Notes under the pieces: model-generated
The model's input: only the letters and a program-made list of their open reading frames with translations
What the model was told of the DNA's origin: nothing
Database searches by the model: none
Part shown: piece after piece, positions 61,585 through 64,000 of the stretch
How the letters are laid out: each line of letters starts with the position of its first letter
How positions within the stretch are numbered: position 1 is the first letter of the stretch
Made by a program: the position numbers and the translations under genes
DNA from: an uncultured Nitrososphaeraceae archaeon
GTDB taxonomy: Archaea > Thermoproteota > Nitrososphaeria > Nitrososphaerales > Nitrososphaeraceae
Assembly: GCA_963765895.1 (NCBI GenBank)
Contig: CAVXZB010000019.1
Coordinates: 288,001 to 352,000, forward strand
Direction of reading: 5' to 3'
DNA: 64,000 bases

Positions 61585-62685
61585 TTACCCCTTTAGCACA
61601 GCTGGTACATGCCCACTTTTAATCGCATGATCAGTCAAAACTATAGAGACCATTGATTCAACTACTGGCGCTGCTCGAGGGACCACGCATGGATCATGCC
61701 GTCCAGGCACGCTCAATTCTACTTCGTCACCGGTGACCATGTTGAGTGTACGTTGCGGCTTCAAAATCGAAGCCGCTGGCTTAAATCCAATCCTAATAAC
61801 TAGTGGCATCCCGTCAGACAAACCACCCAAAATACCTCCAGAATTGTTAGTTCTAGTCATTACCTTGTTCCCATTTTTATAAAATGTATCATTATTTTCT
61901 GAACCACGTAAGCTGCAACCGGCAAAACCCGAGCCGAATTCAATGGCCTTTACAGCGGGTATGCTAAATAGAGCTTTACTAAGATCAGATTCAAGTGAGC
62001 TAAAAATTGGTTCTCCCAATCCAACAGGCATACCTACGGTCACAGACTCGACAATACCCCCAAGCGAGTCCCCGTCTCTTCTAGCTTTTAGAATCGACTC
62101 TCGCATTTTTTTTGCCACTTCATTGTCTGGACACCTAATGTCGTTTGTATATCTATCCTTTTGCGCATCACCAAACTGTATATCGTCCATACAAATCCTG
62201 CCTATTTGTTTCGTATATGCAATCGTCTCAATACCTAGGGTATGACGCAATAGTTTCTGTGATACTGCACCCGCCATAACAAATGTAGCCGTCAATCTCC
62301 CGGAGAACCTTCCGCTACCTCGATAGTCTGAAAATCCCCCGTATTTAACAAACGACGTGTAATCTGAATGTCCAGGTCTTGGAACCGATTTTACAAAGTC
62401 ATAAGCCCTTGAATCAGAATCTTTATTCCAAATAATCATGCAAATAGGAGCTCCAGTTGTTATATTATTAAATACACCTGATAGGATAGAAACTTTGTCT
62501 GCTTCCATTCGTTGAGTCGTTACCGCGGATTGTCCTGGTCTTCTTTTATCCAATTCCTCCTGGACGTCAGATTCGGTTAAAGGCATGCCTGCTGGGCACC
62601 CGTCAATTACCACACCTATGCAAGTCCCATGGCTTTCTCCAAAACTCATGGCTATAAATCGATCACCAATCAAATTTCCGGGCAT
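61585..62685 (-). CDS. aroC: Chorismate synthase
   Basis: FGESHG, RRPGQ, RPGHSD, NNSGGILGG, GRHDPC. Confidence 0.97.
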   Translation of the reverse strand: MPGNLIGDRFIAMSFGESHGTCIGVVIDGCPAGMPLTESDVQEELDKRRPGQSAVTTQRMEADKVSILSGVFNNITTGAPICMIIWNKDSDSRAYDFVKSVPRPGHSDYTSFVKYGGFSDYRGSGRFSGRLTATFVMAGAVSQKLLRHTLGIETIAYTKQIGRICMDDIQFGDAQKDRYTNDIRCPDNEVAKKMRESILKARRDGDSLGGIVESVTVGMPVGLGEPIFSSLESDLSKALFSIPAVKAIEFGSGFAGCSLRGSENNDTFYKNGNKVMTRTNNSGGILGGLSDGMPLVIRIGFKPAASILKPQRTLNMVTGDEVELSVPGRHDPCVVPRAAPVVESMVSIVLTDHAIKSGHVPAVLKG

Positions 62686-62813
62686 ATTTCTTTCCTCCCT
62701 AACCCATCTAATAGATTCCTTTTTGACTTGACTCTGATATATACATTCAATCTCATATCAAGAACCCAACCAGGTCACTACTAAATCTTAGTTGTATACA
62801 GATTCGATTGGGC

Positions 62814-64000
62814 CTATGATACCAATTCGGACTGAGGTAGAATGTCTGCTCCCAATCTTCTCATCTCACTAACAAACTGTGGGTATGAAACATCAACAGA
62901 CTCGGCCCCATTTACCTCCGACTTACTAGTAAGCATGGAAGCAATAGTGAAGGCCATAAACAATCTGTGATCGTCATGGGCATCTAAGTTCGCATTTCTT
63001 AAAGTTTCTGGTGCATTTATTCTAAGTTTGTCTGATTCTTCTTTAACAGATACACCCAATTTTACAAGTTCCTGCGATATATTCGCCACTCGGTCTGTCT
63101 CCTTTAATCTAGCGTGCTCTATTCCTTCAATATACACCGATGAAGACGCTTTTAAGGCCAGTACAGAAACGACCGGTAATAGGTCTGGACTATCTGTAAG
63201 TTCGAAATGTCCTCCGTTCAGCACCTCACATCCGTAAATTTTTGCCTCTCCCTTGTCGGTATCAATTACAATGCGACCTCCCATTTTTCTTATAATATCT
63301 ATGATTTTTGAATCCCCCTGAGGCAATCGAAAATCCAATCCCTCGATTATTACTTCATTGCCTGTTAGAACACCGGCGGCCATCACCATAGCAGCCTGAG
63401 GAGAAATCAGACGGTATCCTGAATGTAGTTCCTTTATAAGATCCAGGATCGACTGAAAGCATCGTATCCGCAGAGCCACTTACCTTGGCACCAAACCTAT
63501 CCATTGTAGTAATCGTCGCATCAATATACGGCCTTGATACTTGTCTTCCGATTATCTCAATCCTAGTTGGAGAATCAGCACGTACACTAGTAAGAAGCAA
63601 CGAGGATACAAACTGACTCGAAACATTTCCCATGATCTTGGCTGTTCCTCCTCTCATTCCTCCTCCTCTTGTGATTAGAGGAGGAGTACCATCATCTTTA
63701 GATGAGCAGCACTTAACCCCTAGCTGCTGCAAACCTAGAATCAGCGGATTCATTGGTCTTCTCCTTAAGCTAGCATCACCGGTCAATATGGTAAATCCTC
63801 CGCTAGTCAAAGAGGATATAGCAGCAATCATTCTAATTGTAGTCCCAGAGTTCTCAGCGTTGATCACATTCTCCGGGACTTTCAAACGATCACGTCCTTG
63901 TATTAATAATTTACCATGTTCGTATTCTATGTCGACACCTAGAGCCTTGCATGCATAGACAGTAGCAAGTGTGTCTCGAGCTAGTAACGGATTTCCAATT
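62814..64000 (-). CDS. aroA: EPSP synthase (5' part outside the window; +1 frameshift near 63395)
   Basis: NSGTT, LRRRPM, SSQFVS, RLKETDR, DHR, VSYP. Confidence 0.95.

Noticed and set aside
1021-63958. Many antisense or alternate-frame ORFs in the track (e.g. 5865-6275, 6464-6937, 8892-9356, 33121-33522, 59764-60279)
   Set aside because: Shadows of well-supported genes, with no independent motifs.

Overview
Archaeal chromosome segment, most consistent with a soil-type ammonia-oxidising thaumarchaeon (Nitrososphaerales). Evidence: thaumarchaeosortase, SRP19/Gar1, Rpo12, aRF1, CofE, split methylmalonyl-CoA mutase plus epimerase and MeaB, a chorismate mutase-aminotransferase fusion, and intron-containing tRNAs. 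Most of the window is housekeeping (purine/folate, pyrimidine, sulfur/thiamine, succinyl-CoA synthetase, branched-chain and aromatic amino acids, tRNA synthetases). Thirteen reading-frame breaks are net +1 insertions and are probably assembly errors. The main accessory feature is a ~9 kb element (11495-20550) integrated at the 3' end of tRNA-Lys(UUU). It is bounded by an exact 17-bp direct repeat and carries an inactivated tyrosine integrase. Its cargo is two divergent arms of small secreted proteins: eight members of a Cys-containing YxxG(Y/F)xxG family, some with near-identical leaders on different mature domains. It also carries a secreted beta-barrel protein, an M23 peptidase fragment joined to the truncated integrase, and a repeat/hairpin-rich noncoding tract. 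This island is the best candidate for an undescribed system; its function is inferred, not shown. Also noted: a D-loop intron in tRNA-Asp, two probable CTG starts, a GC-rich candidate ncRNA, a stand-alone MORC-like ATPase and several ORFs under 60 aa missing from the ORF track. All assignments come from motif recognition by eye; no database searches were run.
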